A stretch of 18,744 nt of DNA from Bdellovibrionota bacterium (GTDB lineage: Bacteria; Bdellovibrionota_C; UBA2361; CALJRW01). The position numbers and the translations under genes were made by a program. The stretch is taken from the NCBI GenBank assembly GCA_041740355.1, contig JBGSMD010000040.1:1-18744 (forward strand). Direction: 5' to 3'. Of the stretch, positions 17,401 through 18,744 are shown piece after piece; position 1 is the first letter of the stretch; each line of letters starts with the position of its first letter. A model generated the notes under the pieces. It was given only the letters and a program-made list of their open reading frames with translations. It was not told the DNA's origin and ran no database searches.

Positions 17401-18154
17401 CAAATTAAATGATGGTATTTTTGTATTCAATTTAGATAACCATAGAGATCGAGAAGCTGTAGCATCATTCAATGAGATAGAAAGAAGATTATTACGCCCA
17501 TTTTATAAGAATTCTGATATATATCGATTTTATTCTTCTTCCAAGCATACGAAACTTCTTTTGTACCATAATTGCAATTTAGAAACATCTCCTTATCAAA
17601 ACATCTTCAAATATATATTTAAATTTTCAGATATTTTGAAGCTAAGATTGATAAATTATAAGGAAAACTACCATTGGACTAAGTTGCACAGAACCCGAGA
17701 AGAAAGTATTTTTATTGGGAATAAGATAGTTGTTCCATATAGATGTAAAATAAATACATTTGCTATGAATAGTCTAGAGTGGTTTTGTCGATCTGATTGT
17801 TATGTAATTACAGAAAAAAATAACGAATGTGACTTAAGATATATATTAGCTCTACTTAATTCATCACTATATTTTCAATGGCTGTACCATCGGGGGAAAC
17901 GCAAAGGAGAGATCTTAGAACTTTTTCAGACACCATTATCCGAAATTCCTATCAAAAAAATTACTCATCATGCGCAAAAGCCCTTTATAGACTTTGTTGA
18001 ACAAATTTTTGATGAGACTTCCAAAGACGATTACGATCCTAATAAACCTTCAATTAAACAACAAGAATTAGAAAATGAAATTGATAAATTGGTTATGGAC
18101 CTATATGAGTTAACTGATGAAGAAAAAGATATTATTAGAAGAGCCTGTAAATAA
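14447..18154 (+). CDS. Type IIG/Eco57I-like N6-adenine DNA methyltransferase with TaqI_C-like target-recognition domain
   Basis: PFLNGGLF, VDPEMLGKVFENLL, GAFYTPREIV, motif I DPAVGSGAF, YGVDID, motif IV IANPPYV (gamma order), and C-terminal YILALLNS...IPI..IDKLVMDLYELT. Starts 2 nt after the helicase stop. Confidence 0.93.
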   Translation: MNKNEAKEIINLTFSNDFDEERYQKFVSNLFKHYKLVNRITTGSFIKQSFIPFVTEYKVLGSFEDSESNTIDILEVSLRKTSTLEQARLAQRNFIAEYLKSRSKDAALVAFISPDSTDWRLSFVKLEHSLEVIDEKLKTKEEITPAKRWSFLVGKNEGSHTAQSRFVNLLMSNQEPNLAEIESAFDIETVTKEFFNKYVDLFFRLKENLDSLLEKDEIIKRDFEAKEISTVDFAKKTLGQIIFLYFLQKKGWFGVAPDQKWGDGPKKFLRELFERRRKYGNNFFNNILEPLFYEALAQDRGSESIYPRLNNCRMPFLNGGLFEPMNGYLWETTDIIIPDELFSNNNRTKEGDLGDGILDVFDRYNFTVNENEPLEKEVAVDPEMLGKVFENLLDIKDRKSKGAFYTPREIVHYMCQESLINYLDTETKNEISREDLELFIKKGDRIIENDKIGLDRKEERINKYGSDKYKDSTYVLLLPETVRVRADKLDSLLKNIKVADPAVGSGAFPLGMINEIVRARKVLNVYIQNNTSDYELKKHTITNSIYGVDIDQGAVDIAKLRLWLALIVDEETPHPLPNLDHKIMQGNSLISEYEGIKLFDDSILEGSQQQEREKLKATMNRKLSLLQKEYFDLLSEKKLTVFKKTEIEKEIKSLKKRLEDTSQKKEIQNTNIGLFDIPNKKYMLTKKAELLQGKIEEFINESQRSKKQSLREDIDNLKWELIEATLKEQGKENKLDEIQQFRRKNIKPFFIWKLEFSDVFREKGGFDIIIANPPYVGESGNKEIFRPIAKGNLRKFYQGKMDLFYFFFHLALDLGHRKAKCAFITTNYFLTAFGARKLRKDLQERATIYDLINFNELKIFESALGQHNIITIFSKEKNLERQANTTLTKNKGVAIEKVLADIVERRDTNTEYNFVSQDNLYDGVESYIRLQGNSNQKDPIHIILNKIQNAGDLLSSFCNINQGVVSGCDYITKKHFKNINADADIKLNDGIFVFNLDNHRDREAVASFNEIERRLLRPFYKNSDIYRFYSSSKHTKLLLYHNCNLETSPYQNIFKYIFKFSDILKLRLINYKENYHWTKLHRTREESIFIGNKIVVPYRCKINTFAMNSLEWFCRSDCYVITEKNNECDLRYILALLNSSLYFQWLYHRGKRKGEILELFQTPLSEIPIKKITHHAQKPFIDFVEQIFDETSKDDYDPNKPSIKQQELENEIDKLVMDLYELTDEEKDIIRRACK

Positions 18155-18520
18155 TTTTGTGTAAGTGAAGTCCTACTAGCCTATTGTTCTCTTCTAGACT
18201 TTTAAATATTGCTTCTCGTAGTCTTGATTTAGTAAATATTTTCCAAATATATTATCTTTATAAAATTAAAACTAAGAACCTAATCCTAAGTTGTTTCAGT
18301 ATTAACTTTTAGATTCCACTCAATCATTAAAACTAAATTTTCCAAGCACCCTTTTAGTCTTATTTTACAGGCAAATCAGAGCCTAATCCTAATTTTTCTT
18401 TGTTGTAAATTTCATATTTCAATTGCCTGTTTATTCTAGTCTCGGTTATTTCTCCTAATTCTTCCAATCCTATTTTTTGAAATTCCATCTTTAAATTTAT
18501 TTTCGTGATTTTCATTCTTT

Positions 18521-18668
18521 AGCAGCTAGTTTTTTTAGAAAGTAAATAGGGGCCCGCACCCCGTTAAAATATTTTTCTTTTAAAACAAGTTTTAATTTTC
18601 CTTCGAAAAACCACAAAAATATTTTAACTCCCACCGTGTTACCTTTTTACTTTCCAAAACTAGTTGCT
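18521..18668 (+). other. Structured intergenic element, copy 2
   Basis: Outer imperfect stem 18521-18550/18642-18668 (possibly extending to about 18506/18682), box A 18549-18563, a perfect 14-bp inner inverted repeat 18563-18576/18615-18628, and box B 18628-18640. Confidence 0.75.
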
Positions 18669-18733
18669 TTTTAAAGAAATCAATCTCTTAAAAAATTAAG
18701 AGGGAATTTTAATTAAAAAACAGGAGAAATATC

Positions 18734-18744
18734 ATGGAAACAAA
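18734..18744 (+). CDS. Start of an unknown gene, truncated by the window edge
   Basis: AGGAG RBS at 18722-18726 followed by ATG GAA ACA; only three full codons are visible. Confidence 0.5.

Overview
AT-rich segment of a conjugative plasmid or ICE-like replicon. From left to right it holds: the start of a P-type (Trb) mating-pair operon (trbC-trbD-trbE', minus strand, no trbB directly upstream); a DUF1249-like gene; an accessory/conflict cluster (HEPN-like, HNH-like, HTH-containing, SLOG/DUF2493, Sel1-repeat); a replication/partition module (RPA-type Rep, 11 iteron-like 16-mers, ParA, a putative RHH partner, 15 copies of a 16-bp palindrome that is a likely centromere); a small secreted Gly/Cys octapeptide-repeat protein inside the palindrome array; and a two-gene PLD-SNF2 helicase + type IIG/Eco57I-like adenine methyltransferase locus. 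The most unusual signal is a bipartite GC-rich motif (GGGGCCCGCACCCCG ... CTCCCACCGTGTT) present twice, 17.75 kb apart. Each copy sits inside a long imperfect hairpin of unrelated sequence, just upstream of a plus-strand gene start. All family assignments come from motif recognition by eye; no database search was run.
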